A DNA stretch of 64,000 bases from assembly GCA_963731105.1 (NCBI GenBank), contig CAVSUM010000020.1, forward strand, positions 2,943 to 66,942, given 5' to 3'. The notes under the pieces are model-generated. The model searched no databases. It was not told where the DNA came from and saw nothing but the letters and a program-made list of their open reading frames with translations. The stretch's first letter is position 1. Each line of letters begins with the position of its first letter. Below are positions 1-9,938 of this stretch, one piece after another. The translations under genes were made by a program, and so were the position numbers. This stretch comes from an uncultured Gammaproteobacteria bacterium. Its GTDB lineage: Bacteria; Pseudomonadota; Gammaproteobacteria; Steroidobacterales; Steroidobacteraceae.

Positions 1-1105
1 TGTAGATCCAGTTGTCCGGCGGGTACGCGCCAGTGTCACCACGGCGTGCGTCGGACCCACGCATCTTCCGCACGACGATCCCGGCGGTCATGAAGTCACG
101 ATAGGGGAGTCCGTTGGCAACACATCGCACTGCATCGTCGTCCACCTTCAACTGGTCGACGAGTTCGCGAATGGGCATCGTCGAGAAGAACGCGTCACAG
201 GCCACCGTACTGGTCTCGCCTGACTTGTTGTCCATGACGGTCACGCGGACGATCCGGTCGCCGTCACGGTCCAGGCCCACGACCTTGTGGTTGAGCAGGA
301 TCCGTCCGCCCGCGTCAGTGACGCGCGCAGCGACTTCCTCCCACATCTGCCCTGGCCCGAGTCGTGGATAGAGGAAGCGCTCGATCAGGCTCGTCTCGAC
401 GGATTTCTGCGCAAGATCCTGCTTGCGCGGCAGCAAGGAGCTTACGGCGTGCTTGAGTGCACTCGTGATGGACAGTCCCTTGACCCGCTGTGCTCCCCAC
501 TCGGCGGAAATCTGGTCGCACGGCACGCCCCACACCTTCTCCGTGTAGTCCTTGAAGAACGTGCGATAGAGCCGATCACCGAAGCGGTTGATGAAGAAAT
601 CCTCGAGGGTCGTCTCCGGACTGCGCGGGTTCAGTCTCGACCGCGCGTAGCTCGCGCCGAGCAGACCCCCCTCGAGCAGGCCGAGATTGCCGATCACCCG
701 GCTGTTGAGCTTGAGCGGGTAGTCGAAGAACTTGCGACGGTAGTAGATGCGCGACAGCCGCGGACGGACGAGCATGACGCGGTCATCCGACTCCCGGGCC
801 GCCGCGGCAGCCGTGAAGTCGCGCGATTGGCCCTGGTAGGCGAGAGAGACTCCAGCCAGTTCCTCGGGAGTGCCCGACACGGGAAGGATGTCCTGCCACC
901 AGTTCATGACCCAGTCGGACTTCGAGAAGAAGCGGTGGCCACCGAGGTCCATCCGGTTGCCCCGGTAATTGACCGTCTTCGATATTCCACCGACCTGGGA
1001 GTCGAGATCGAAGACGATCGGCCGATACTCCGACCGACGCAGCAGTTCGAGTGCGGCCGTCAGGCCGGCGGGCCCCGCCCCCGCAATTACGGCAGTCTTG
1101 TGCAT
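1..1105 (-). CDS. FAD/NAD(P)-binding oxidoreductase, UDP-galactopyranose-mutase/amine-oxidase-like (C-terminus runs off the left edge)
   Basis: Open at the window edge, so absent from the ORF track. My minus-strand translation from ATG 1105-1103 reads [22 protein letters not shown] (GxGxxG fold), then [10 protein letters not shown] and [11 protein letters not shown], motifs I associate with Glf-like flavoenzymes. The listed + ORF 287..1108 is its antisense shadow. Confidence 0.75.
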   Translation of the reverse strand, partial: MHKTAVIAGAGPAGLTAALELLRRSEYRPIVFDLDSQVGGISKTVNYRGNRMDLGGHRFFSKSDWVMNWWQDILPVSGTPEELAGVSLAYQGQSRDFTAAAAARESDDRVMLVRPRLSRIYYRRKFFDYPLKLNSRVIGNLGLLEGGLLGASYARSRLNPRSPETTLEDFFINRFGDRLYRTFFKDYTEKVWGVPCDQISAEWGAQRVKGLSITSALKHAVSSLLPRKQDLAQKSVETSLIERFLYPRLGPGQMWEEVAARVTDAGGRILLNHKVVGLDRDGDRIVRVTVMDNKSGETSTVACDAFFSTMPIRELVDQLKVDDDAVRCVANGLPYRDFMTAGIVVRKMRGSDARRGDTGAYPPDNWIY

Positions 1106-1533
1106 TGATGGGTCTCTCCAGGTACGTTTGCTCCGCCTGCCGCGGCAGGCGCTGAAAACAGGAAGTAGCGGCGTAGTCCGAAATTGAGCGAGAAGGTGAA
1201 CATGATCGAGGCCAGCTTGCCGATCAGGTAGTGCAGACCCAGTCCATCGACGGCGGTCTTCAGCACTGCCAGGTTGACGCAGAGACCCAGCACGCCAATT
1301 GCGGCAAATGCGCCGAACTCGACGCGGCGATTCTTGATCTTCCGGTGTCGGAAGATCGCCGAGACGGAGATTACGTAGACGACCGACGTACCCGCGAGGA
1401 ACGCGATGGTGGCTGCCAGGAGGTAATGAGTGTCGAACCGCTCGACCAGCAGCCAGAGCAGACCGACGTCGGTGAGCAGAGCCAGGCCCGAGGCTGCGCT
1501 GTAGAGGAAGGCCTCGCGAATCAGGTGTCGCAT
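1087..1533 (-). CDS. GtrA family membrane protein
   Basis: Last 148 codons of ORF 1087..1974, starting [30 protein letters not shown]. Four hydrophobic helices; size and pattern typical of GtrA-like proteins. ATG at 1533 lies 6 nt after the upstream stop, and the 3' end overlaps the next gene by 19 nt. Confidence 0.75.
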   Translation of the reverse strand: MRHLIREAFLYSAASGLALLTDVGLLWLLVERFDTHYLLAATIAFLAGTSVVYVISVSAIFRHRKIKNRRVEFGAFAAIGVLGLCVNLAVLKTAVDGLGLHYLIGKLASIMFTFSLNFGLRRYFLFSAPAAAGGANVPGETHQCTRLP

Positions 1534-1538
1534 GCGCT

Positions 1539-3446
1539 TCAGGCCGCCCGGAATCTGCGGCAGTCGTACAGGTAGATGGCATATCCCGGGCCGGGCCACT
1601 CGATCCTGCCGACTGCCCCCGGGATCTCTTGTTGGTGGATCACGAACCCAAGGGCCGGGTCCTTGCAGATCGCCTGCATGATCTCCGGCGTAAGAGCGCG
1701 CTCGTCTTCCTCGACGGCCTTCGGCTCGAGAATCCAGAATCCCGGCGACACCAGCGGGCTGAGCACTTCGGCCCGACGCAATAACTCCCTGGTCGTCTCG
1801 GCCGAGAAGACGGAACCGGCGCCCTGGGAAATAGACATGTAACTCCGTCGATCGAGCAGCAGCCATGCGCCATGTGGTGCGCCTGGCCAGAGGACCTCCG
1901 CATCCCGCGGAATGAGCCGGCGCCATTCCGCCATCTGCTGTCGACCGGCGTCGTCGAATGGCGAGTTGACCCACCTGCGCAGGTACTCCGGACCGGCCCC
2001 ATACAGCAATGCAACGGCTGCCACGGCCAACACGCTTGCGGCAATCCGGCTCCGTACGACGATCAGCAGGTACCAGGCAAGAACTGCCAGGCTTGCAGCC
2101 ATGCCGGGGGTTCCCAACACGTCTTGGATGCGCTGCACCCAGATCGGGTCGTAGCCAAACGAAAAATCGTTGTTTATCGCCATGTAGGCCAGTGATGCGA
2201 AGAAAAGGGCAGCCAGCAGCGGTGCGAGGACCACCAGGATCCTCAGGTGTCGCAGCGATTCAGGCGAGACCTTGTCCCTGGCCACCCAGAGGAGCAGCGA
2301 AAAAAAGCACAGCAGGCCGGCGACTCCGAACGGTGGGACCTCCCGCAGCGCGCCGACGCCTGCAAGGAGCCAGGCGATTGCGAGGAGTACTGCGGCGGCC
2401 TGCCCGGTTCTGGCGCTGCGCCACAGATGCACGACCAAGGACGGCAGAATCGCAATCGCCAGTACTTTGCCGATCCACGGCCACCTCCACGGCTGCCCCT
2501 GGAGCAGGATCCTGAGTTCCAGCCACTGGCTGCTCAGAACCGCCAGCGCAAGCCCCGCGACCGCGACAAGCAACGCGCTTGCCGTGAGTCGTCGGGCAGT
2601 GCTCCCGTCTGGCAGTGCCAATGCGCCGAGCCCGAGTGTGGCCAGGATCATGACCTGGGTCTCCCACTCAGGAACGCCCCAGAGGTCCGTGAAGAGGAAA
2701 ACGCTGCGCTGCCTTAAGGCTTCGAGCCAGTCCCCCTGGATGTAGGGATCAGGCTGCCCGATCAGGAAGCTCCCGAAGGTGGCGCCCGCCACGACCGCGA
2801 TGCCAAGAAGGACTCGTGACCGCGGTCGGTTGAGCGGTAGCAAATGGACCGCCATCAACAACGCGACCGGAAACGCCATGAGCGGGTGCACCAACAGGGC
2901 GAGCACCGTGGAAGTCATTGCGAGAACTGGTCTTGAGGCGAGCAAACACAGCAATGCGGCCAGGGACAGTGCTTCAGCGAGAAGTCGCGCCGTCAGGAAA
3001 GGCTCCGCATAGCGGAAAACCTCCATGGCCCCGTAGGTTCCGGGCAGGAGCAGGAGCAACGCAAGTGACAGGAGCGCAAGAGCAGGGCTCTGCAGGCGGC
3101 GGGCGATCGCCCATGCCGCGGCGTACCAGCTTAGCTGCAATGCGAACGTGAGCAGGGCGGCTGCGCGGCCCGCGCCGACGAACTCGATCAGGTAGGCATA
3201 GGCGAGCGGGAAGACCGTGAACCGGTCCTGCGACTGGTAGCGCAAGAACAGGTCGCCGGCCAGTGGATCCGGGTGCAGCCTCGCCACGGCCTGCAGCGCG
3301 TAGAGAACCCCGTCATGGGTGATTCCCTGGTAGCGCCCCAAGACGCTCCAGAGTGCGAGCAGGACAAGACCGTAGACGGCGGTCCAGGCCGCGTTGGTCC
3401 ATCGTGCGGAGCAACCAGCGATTTCCGGCGGCCAGGGCAATGCCAC
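1539..3446 (-). CDS. large polytopic membrane protein with soluble C-terminal domain (function unknown; possible glycan polymerase/transferase)
   Basis: ORF 1539..3767 has more than 12 hydrophobic segments followed by a ~130-aa hydrophilic C-terminus. Its 5' part overlaps the gene ending at 3583, so I placed the start at the in-frame GTG at 3446. The start is uncertain. Confidence 0.5.
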   Translation of the reverse strand: MALPWPPEIAGCSARWTNAAWTAVYGLVLLALWSVLGRYQGITHDGVLYALQAVARLHPDPLAGDLFLRYQSQDRFTVFPLAYAYLIEFVGAGRAAALLTFALQLSWYAAAWAIARRLQSPALALLSLALLLLLPGTYGAMEVFRYAEPFLTARLLAEALSLAALLCLLASRPVLAMTSTVLALLVHPLMAFPVALLMAVHLLPLNRPRSRVLLGIAVVAGATFGSFLIGQPDPYIQGDWLEALRQRSVFLFTDLWGVPEWETQVMILATLGLGALALPDGSTARRLTASALLVAVAGLALAVLSSQWLELRILLQGQPWRWPWIGKVLAIAILPSLVVHLWRSARTGQAAAVLLAIAWLLAGVGALREVPPFGVAGLLCFFSLLLWVARDKVSPESLRHLRILVVLAPLLAALFFASLAYMAINNDFSFGYDPIWVQRIQDVLGTPGMAASLAVLAWYLLIVVRSRIAASVLAVAAVALLYGAGPEYLRRWVNSPFDDAGRQQMAEWRRLIPRDAEVLWPGAPHGAWLLLDRRSYMSISQGAGSVFSAETTRELLRRAEVLSPLVSPGFWILEPKAVEEDERALTPEIMQAICKDPALGFVIHQQEIPGAVGRIEWPGPGYAIYLYDCRRFRAA

Positions 3447-3582
3447 TGGCCGCGATCCGGCGGGTGCCGGGTCTCTCGATGACTGGAGCCGCAAGGTTCG
3501 TCCTTCGGTGAACTTGGGGCCAAAAAGTACACTGTCCGAGGATTGCAGCGTGAGAATTATGTCACATTCGCAGGCGGGAACC

Positions 3583-5340
3583 TCAGCGCACACCAACGAG
3601 ACGATCGACCTGCACAGGGTCGATGAACGGGTAGACGACGTTTCCAGAAGGGGCGTCGAGCGCGAGCAAAAGGATGCCACTCGTGCCGGCGGGCCGAGTC
3701 GACACGCGTTTAACTCCGGCCTCCAGAGGCGCTGTGTCTCCCGTCTGGATTGTCTGCCCATCAACAATCAGCGCGGCGCCATTCTTCCTAGGATAGGGAA
3801 TCCATCTGTACCGCCCGGGGACGATTACGTCGATGGTCTCGTCCGAAGCGGTCGCAATTATACTGAACCCAGCGACCCAGACTGAGCCGTGATACCACTG
3901 GTAGTGATCTAGCCAGAACTGCCGGACGTTAGCCGGAAAGTGATAAAGGCGAGGCGCGTCGATCACGTAGGCAACGGGCTTGCTGCGAAACTTCTGTATG
4001 AAATCGTCGAATGCCGACGGAGATCGCTCCGCTCGCTTGAGTATCTGGAACGGCAGGATGCCGCGGACGGGATCGGGATCGGTCTGGCAGATGAGCGCGC
4101 CGTCACCCTGGAACCCTGAGTAGGCATCCAGACCGCTGGCCCTTATCCAGCGAGTCGTATCGCGCTGGTCTTCCTGTGCACCACCGAGCATCTGCAGGGT
4201 TACAGGAGCGCTGCCCAACGCCATCGTGACGAATGCAGCACCGATGATCATCCTGCGGCCGGATCCGAGCAGGCCGGCTCCGTGGCCAGCAGCGAGCCCG
4301 AAAGCGACCGCCGGAAAGAGACCGGCGGTCATCAGGAAATACGGGTAGCCGGATCCGTGAAACACGATTACCACCAGACCAAGCACCATCACAGCCCAGC
4401 AAGTAGCCAGCAGGAACAGATCCTGGCCTGCGCGACGCACTGCTGCGCGGACCGTCATGGCAATCAGTGCGACGACCAGCAGTGCATGTAGCGGTGCCTG
4501 TCGCACTTCGTTCATGTATGCGCTGTAGCCGACGCGCTGGCGCACCCAGCGCATTTCTTCCAACGTGGAATTCACAGCGGCGGTCCCCGCCAACGCCGCC
4601 GCCTTCGGCACAAGGCACAGGTAGGCGGCGATCGTTGCCGATGCGACGAGGCCCAGAACGATCGCCTGGCGCGCACGGGCCAGAATTTCCACGCGCGACG
4701 AAATGCCATCGGTGCGTTGCAGCCTCGAGGCCACAGCCGTTGCCCATAACAGGCCGCAAAGCGCTGCCGGGTACAAGGCCTTCTGGGAGCAAAGGGCGGC
4801 GACTCCAAATAGCACTCCGGCGAGCGCCGCGTTTCGAATCCGTCCAGACAGAAGGCATACGCCGCCCCAGGTGGCAGCCGCGAGCGCGGCCTGGTCCGAG
4901 CGAACCTGCACGGACCAGGCGACGAATGAGGGAAGAAACGCCAGCAGCGTCACTGTTGCGGCGCCTTCGAAGCACCCGCGTTCATTCCGCAGGGAGAATC
5001 GAAACCAGTTGCGAACCAGGAAGAAGATGCCGCACAGGTATGCGAGCGTCAAGATGAACCAGAGCACCCTGGCGTTCGCCGCAGTTGCGACCGCGTCGAC
5101 GCAGTCGCGGACGAAGGGCGTAAGCATCAGCGTGACCAGACCCGGCCGGCCTCCGCCAACGACTTCTCCTGCGCGCAGCGTGCGCTCGGCGCGCTCCAGC
5201 ATCGCAAACTCGTCCCAGTTGATCGATTCCGAATAAATCGAAAGCCAGCGTGGAACGAGCAATAGCGCCATAATCCCTGCCGCGGCCAGCCATCGGCCGG
5301 CACGATACCCTTCGCTCGAAGGACCGTCGTTGGGGATCAT
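3583..5340 (-). CDS. GT-C-fold membrane glycosyltransferase, ArnT/PMT (family 39)-like
   Basis: ORF 3583..5340 (585 aa). Multi-pass N-terminal two thirds with an acidic INWDEF motif after helix 1 (GT-C style first-loop motif) and a soluble C-terminal domain. The operon context includes a UDP-sugar decarboxylase and GtrA. Confidence 0.55.
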   Translation of the reverse strand: MIPNDGPSSEGYRAGRWLAAAGIMALLLVPRWLSIYSESINWDEFAMLERAERTLRAGEVVGGGRPGLVTLMLTPFVRDCVDAVATAANARVLWFILTLAYLCGIFFLVRNWFRFSLRNERGCFEGAATVTLLAFLPSFVAWSVQVRSDQAALAAATWGGVCLLSGRIRNAALAGVLFGVAALCSQKALYPAALCGLLWATAVASRLQRTDGISSRVEILARARQAIVLGLVASATIAAYLCLVPKAAALAGTAAVNSTLEEMRWVRQRVGYSAYMNEVRQAPLHALLVVALIAMTVRAAVRRAGQDLFLLATCWAVMVLGLVVIVFHGSGYPYFLMTAGLFPAVAFGLAAGHGAGLLGSGRRMIIGAAFVTMALGSAPVTLQMLGGAQEDQRDTTRWIRASGLDAYSGFQGDGALICQTDPDPVRGILPFQILKRAERSPSAFDDFIQKFRSKPVAYVIDAPRLYHFPANVRQFWLDHYQWYHGSVWVAGFSIIATASDETIDVIVPGRYRWIPYPRKNGAALIVDGQTIQTGDTAPLEAGVKRVSTRPAGTSGILLLALDAPSGNVVYPFIDPVQVDRLVGVR

Positions 5341-5361
5341 GGCGGCGATGATCGCAAAGGA

Positions 5362-6328
5362 TCAGGGCGCGGGGGAGGGCATCTCGCGCGACAGTCGATG
5401 CGAAAAGTACTCGATGGTCTGGGTGAGTCCCTTGGTGAGATCCGTGATCGGCTCCCACCCCAGGCGTTCCTTCGCCATCGAAATGTCGGGCTTGCGCCGT
5501 ACCGGGTCATTTTCGGGCAGGGCCTTGAACACGATCTCGGAGCGCGACCCCGTCATGCGGACGATTGTCTCGGCAAGTTCACGGACACTTACCTCGACTG
5601 GGTTGCCGAGGTTCATCGGACCAGCGAAGCCATCATCCTTCTTCACGAACAGGTCGATGGCACGGACGAGGTCGTCGACGTAGCAGAACGAACGGGTCTG
5701 CGATCCATCGCCGTAGAGAGTGATCGGTTCGCTGCGCAATGCCTGGACGATGAAATTCGACACGACGCGGCCGTCGTTCGGATGCATGCGCGGTCCATAC
5801 GTGTTGAAGATGCGCGCAACGCGGATGTCGAGCCGGTGTTGCCGGTGATAGTCAAAGAAAAGAGTCTCGGCACAGCGCTTGCCCTCGTCGTAGCACGAGC
5901 GCGGCCCGATCGGATTGACGTTGCCCCAGTAGCCTTCAGGCTGCGGGTGGACACTCGGGTCGCCGTAGACCTCGCTAGTGGACGCCTGGAAGATCCTCGC
6001 CCTGACTCGCTTGGCCAAGCCCAGCATGTTGATGGCGCCGTGCACGCTGGTCTTGACGGTCTGGACTGGGTCATTCTGGTAGTGAATCGGGCTCGCCGGA
6101 CAGGCCAGGTTGAAGATCTGGTCGACCTCCACGTAGAGTGGGAAAGCACACGTCGTGCCGGAGCACCTCGAAGTTCGGGTGGTTGAGCAGAGGCACGATG
6201 TTCTGGCGGGTTCCGGTGTAGAAGTTGTCTACGCAGATCACTTCATGACCCTGCGCGAGCAGGCGCTCGCAAAGGTGACTGCCGATGAAACCGGCACCGC
6301 CGGTGACGAGGATGCGCTTCATTGCCAT
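5362..6328 (-). pseudogene. UDP-glucuronate decarboxylase / UDP-xylose synthase-type extended SDR, one frame break as assembled
   Basis: ORFs 6071..6379 ([24 protein letters not shown]...NFYTG) and 5362..6132 (STSEVYGDP...YDEGKRCAE) are the two halves of one protein. The minus-strand junction reads TTT CCC A CTC TAC, one extra base near 6139 relative to the expected FPLYVEVDQ. Start ATG 6328 is preceded by GGAG. Confidence 0.85.
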
Positions 6329-6490
6329 AGTGTCCAAAGGCTCCGGAAATGCGTTTGGGAATCTACCAGCGAATCTCAAGCAGCAAATGAGAATCGTGTA
6401 TCGGATTGGCGTGCATTAGACCAGGGTGGCTGCACCAAGCTCGGCGCGCCTTGGGGATCCCAGTCAGCCACAGCTAGTCTTTGTGTGGGA

Positions 6491-7891
6491 TCACGAGATA
6501 AAGGCATTCAGCATCCGTAGCAGACGTGGCCTGCGTTTCACGAACTCCACAACTTCGTCGCGTGCCCATCGATTTGCGCCGCGAATCCGACGCAGCCACG
6601 AAGCAGTGGCCGCTCGTGATTCGTGGAGGGCATCCAGGTCGCAGGTCAGTCCGGCCAGGGCCGGGAAGCTGCCCGTGTCGATGCTGCGGCTGCCATGGCG
6701 GGTTCGCGCAGACGTGACGGCCGCCGCAATGGATTCGGCGATTCTAGACGCCGACTGGCCGTCCTGCATCGGGAACAGCTGATCGCGCAGCGCGAATCGG
6801 GCATTTCGAGCGGCGTCGACACCGCAGCGGACGCGCTCGATGAACGAAATCGCTCCACATGCGTCACTGACAGTGTCGAGTCGACTGACAAGTTCCTGCG
6901 CTTCACCCGTCAGGCCCGGGCCATCCGGGTTGTGAAGATAGGCCATGGGTTTACCTGTCAGGACATACTCGATCAGAAAGGAGCCGGCATCCGTCAGCAG
7001 GGCCGAGGACGCAGCGAAAGCCGGGCGATGATCCGATCGCCGATCGAGGATGATCCCCGCGCGCGATAACTCGCGCTCCAGGTTCTCCAGCCTGGAGGCT
7101 GTCAGCAGGCGTTCCTTCAAGAGTACTGGGAAGAGATGCGGGTGAGGTCTCCAGATCAGCGCGACATCTGGATTCTCCGTCGCGAATCGAAGCAGCCCGC
7201 TGCCGATTCGATCGAAGGTCGAATAATCCAACGATCCCTGCAGCGTCCGGGTCATCGAGAAATGCGAATTCCAGAGCACGGCGAAACGGCCGCCGATGGC
7301 CGCCTGGAACTCCGGGTCTACCTGCGCGGGCGGCGACGACATCATTTCGTCGAGTCTCGGCAGGCCGGTGACGAGTACGTGGGTGTCACCCGTCGGGCAG
7401 TGATCGCGGTACATGGCCCGCTCGCGCCAGCTGCGCGCGAAGACGAGAGTCGCGCGCATCTGTGTCGGCTGCGCATACTGCAACCGTCGATTCTTGTGCC
7501 CGCCACCCACCACGAAGCCATAAGGCACGTAGGCGGTCACCGGTACGGCCCGCGCGACCAAGTCGAAGTGGAGGCATGTCGGCCGCTCGATGTCGTATGG
7601 ATTGGTGAACACGGCGGCGTCGAACCGGCCATCGGTCAGAGCATCGTCCGTCGACCAGATCCGGTGGGGAACCTGCTCCAAATCCAGATCCGCCGAATCC
7701 TGACGGGTTCTTGCCGCAGATTCTTCCGGCTTTCGCACGTCGTAGGGCAGAAGCCAGATTTCGGGTCGGTACCTCGGATCTGACGCCATCTGTCGCCAGA
7801 TGGATCTGATGTTGCTCCAGCTCTCGATGCGCTGCAGCAGGAACAGTACTCTCATCTGCGAGTTCGACGCTGGATGTGACGGCTCGATCAT
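6491..7891 (-). CDS. CDP-glycerol glycerophosphotransferase family protein (TagB/TagF-like)
   Basis: ORF 6491..8155 trimmed to ATG 7891, 26 nt after the upstream stop. LIWRPHPHLF and LLTDAGSFLIEYVLTGKPMAYL resemble the catalytic-His and TDYSS...KP motifs of TagF-type phosphotransferases. Confidence 0.6.
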   Translation of the reverse strand: MIEPSHPASNSQMRVLFLLQRIESWSNIRSIWRQMASDPRYRPEIWLLPYDVRKPEESAARTRQDSADLDLEQVPHRIWSTDDALTDGRFDAAVFTNPYDIERPTCLHFDLVARAVPVTAYVPYGFVVGGGHKNRRLQYAQPTQMRATLVFARSWRERAMYRDHCPTGDTHVLVTGLPRLDEMMSSPPAQVDPEFQAAIGGRFAVLWNSHFSMTRTLQGSLDYSTFDRIGSGLLRFATENPDVALIWRPHPHLFPVLLKERLLTASRLENLERELSRAGIILDRRSDHRPAFAASSALLTDAGSFLIEYVLTGKPMAYLHNPDGPGLTGEAQELVSRLDTVSDACGAISFIERVRCGVDAARNARFALRDQLFPMQDGQSASRIAESIAAAVTSARTRHGSRSIDTGSFPALAGLTCDLDALHESRAATASWLRRIRGANRWARDEVVEFVKRRPRLLRMLNAFIS

Positions 7892-7916
7892 TGGCGGCTC
7901 ATGCACAAGATGCTGG

Positions 7917-8591
7917 CTAGCTCGCCGACCCGAGGTCGCGGCCGAAGCGTCTCGCCTGTTCCAGGTCACCTGGGGTGTCGACCTCTGCCAGTTCGAGTAC
8001 ATGACCTGGCAACGGCAGCCAAGCGCCGAGTGCCTCGAACACGTAACCCCTGGCATCGTCAAGCACTCGCGCGGGGCCGGCAAAGACGTTTGCCCATTCG
8101 AGCGGCTGCCGTCGATCTCGAGTGAAACCGCAGATCGTCGGGTGCTCCGCTTCATCGGCGTTCACCGCGTCCACGAACACCCCGTGCTCACTCGTCTGTC
8201 GTGTGAGCCCGACGAGGAGATCCGTGGTGGCGGCACGGCGCGCGAATGAACCGAATGCGGCACGCGAGATGAGCAGATCCCCATCCAAGAAGATCACCTT
8301 GCCGTGAAAGCCGCGCGCGCCAAGCGCCATGCTGAACGCTGTGTTGGTGCTTCGATAGTCCGGATTGCGTACCAGAACAACATGGCGATGGTATCTGGAG
8401 CAGTGCTCGATGATGATGTCCTCACGGTAGCCAACCGCAACGTGTACCCGGGCCACGTACGGTTCCACTAGTTCAATGAGTCGCGAGAGAAGCGTGCGTC
8501 CCTCTATCTCCAGCATGCACTTCGGCAGCCCGAGGCCGAGCCGGGAACCGAGTCCGGCGGCCGCGATTACAGCACCTTCAATAGGTTGCAC
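7917..8591 (-). CDS. nucleotidyltransferase (LicC/MobA-like NTP-transferase fold)
   Basis: ORF 7917..8591. N-terminal AVIAAAGLGSRLGLGLPKCMLEI matches the GxGxR...PK nucleotide-binding signature of sugar/alcohol-phosphate cytidylyl/uridylyl-transferases. Confidence 0.7.
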   Translation of the reverse strand: MQPIEGAVIAAAGLGSRLGLGLPKCMLEIEGRTLLSRLIELVEPYVARVHVAVGYREDIIIEHCSRYHRHVVLVRNPDYRSTNTAFSMALGARGFHGKVIFLDGDLLISRAAFGSFARRAATTDLLVGLTRQTSEHGVFVDAVNADEAEHPTICGFTRDRRQPLEWANVFAGPARVLDDARGYVFEALGAWLPLPGHVLELAEVDTPGDLEQARRFGRDLGSAS

Positions 8592-9169
8592 AGAGTTTCT
8601 CCGCTGTGGACGATGTAACCGGCCGCAGCTACCGCTGCCGGCATGGGGCTGTGCACGCCGCCGAATGCCACGCTGACGTCGGCCTCCTCGAGCATCGGCA
8701 CGTCATTGGCGCCGTCGCCGACCGCAATGACACGCTCGAAGCGACCGGACGCCCGCAGCGATCGCACCGCATCACCCTTGTCGAGAACGTGCTCAAGCCG
8801 AATGCGCTCGCCGGAGACGCTTGCCCGGGAAGACATGCATGTGCAGCCGATGCGCGCTGCGAGCGGTTCGATCCAGACATCGAGATTGCCCGTGACGAGG
8901 AAGCAGTCGCCGGTTCGGTTGCGAATGAACTCGGTGACAAACGGATCCAGGCCGATCTCATCGATGACCTCATGCACACGGCGGACCGGCACCTGTCCCA
9001 GAATCAGCGTGCGCAGGCGCAGCGAGTGGGCGAACGAAATCAGCCCCTGCATCGTGAGTTTCGTTAGGGTCGCGATCTCTTCGGAGATCCCAAGCTCGGA
9101 GGCGATGCAGGGTAGTATCTCCCGCGTCGTGACTGTCCCATCGAGATCGAAGCAGAAAGCCGTTTTCAT
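8567..9169 (-). CDS. HAD-superfamily (subfamily IB, phosphoserine-phosphatase-like) hydrolase
   Basis: ORF 8567..9169. Motif I FCFDLDGTVT and motif IV GDGANDVPML. The start overlaps the upstream stop as ATGA. Confidence 0.75.
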   Translation of the reverse strand: MKTAFCFDLDGTVTTREILPCIASELGISEEIATLTKLTMQGLISFAHSLRLRTLILGQVPVRRVHEVIDEIGLDPFVTEFIRNRTGDCFLVTGNLDVWIEPLAARIGCTCMSSRASVSGERIRLEHVLDKGDAVRSLRASGRFERVIAVGDGANDVPMLEEADVSVAFGGVHSPMPAAVAAAGYIVHSGETLCNLLKVL

Positions 9170-9927
9170 TGCCTGCGCTCCAGCAGCATCCAGCGCTGTC
9201 GTGTCTCGGAGCGGTTGTTCAGTGTCGGGTCCGAGAACAGGTCCGAGGCTCCGACGAACCGGAACCCGTTCTGCAACAGTGGTCCGTCAGCAAACCGCAG
9301 CAACTCCTCCTGCGAACGGTAGATCGCGTTGTACGACTGGCGCAGATCTTCCGAAAAATGGTCCTGGATGGTCAGGCGTCCCGCCATTGCAACAGGCTCG
9401 CGCAGCAGAATCCGGCAGGCATCAGCGGCAACCGCGGCGATGCGGCACATGGCGAGGTCAACGTCGTCGTCGTTGAGGTAGATGAAGAGACCCGCACACA
9501 GCACGCGGTCGAATGGCTTCGCCTCGCCTAGAGTGGCCAGCGAAACATCGGTCGCCGAGCACACCGTGAACCTGCAGTGCGGCAGGTCGGCGTAACTCGA
9601 CCGCGCAAATTCCACGAGGCCGGGACTGAGGTCGATGCCGTGGTAGTGCGCGCAGCTGCCGGCCACCTGCGCGACCCAGCGACCGGTCCCACAGCCGATA
9701 TCGAGTATACGCGTCGATGAGTCGACGGCTAGGAGGGGGGTCAGGATCCGCTTCTCCTCTGCGTCGCGGCGTTCGGCCAGGTCAGGGTGGTTGTCCTGGT
9801 ACAGGACGGCGCGCACTGGCCCGATTCTGGCGATGCGCCTGGCGCGCTCCTCGAAAAACGACGCCACGTCGTCGCGTTCGATCCGCGGCTGTGTCGCATC
9901 TTCCTTATCTGTGACAATCCTGGCCAT
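9166..9927 (-). CDS. class I SAM-dependent methyltransferase
   Basis: ORF 9166..9927. SAM motif I ILDIGCGTGRW; Rossmann-like alternation. Confidence 0.75.
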   Translation of the reverse strand: MARIVTDKEDATQPRIERDDVASFFEERARRIARIGPVRAVLYQDNHPDLAERRDAEEKRILTPLLAVDSSTRILDIGCGTGRWVAQVAGSCAHYHGIDLSPGLVEFARSSYADLPHCRFTVCSATDVSLATLGEAKPFDRVLCAGLFIYLNDDDVDLAMCRIAAVAADACRILLREPVAMAGRLTIQDHFSEDLRQSYNAIYRSQEELLRFADGPLLQNGFRFVGASDLFSDPTLNNRSETRQRWMLLERRQ

Positions 9928-9938
9928 TCGTTACCTGC

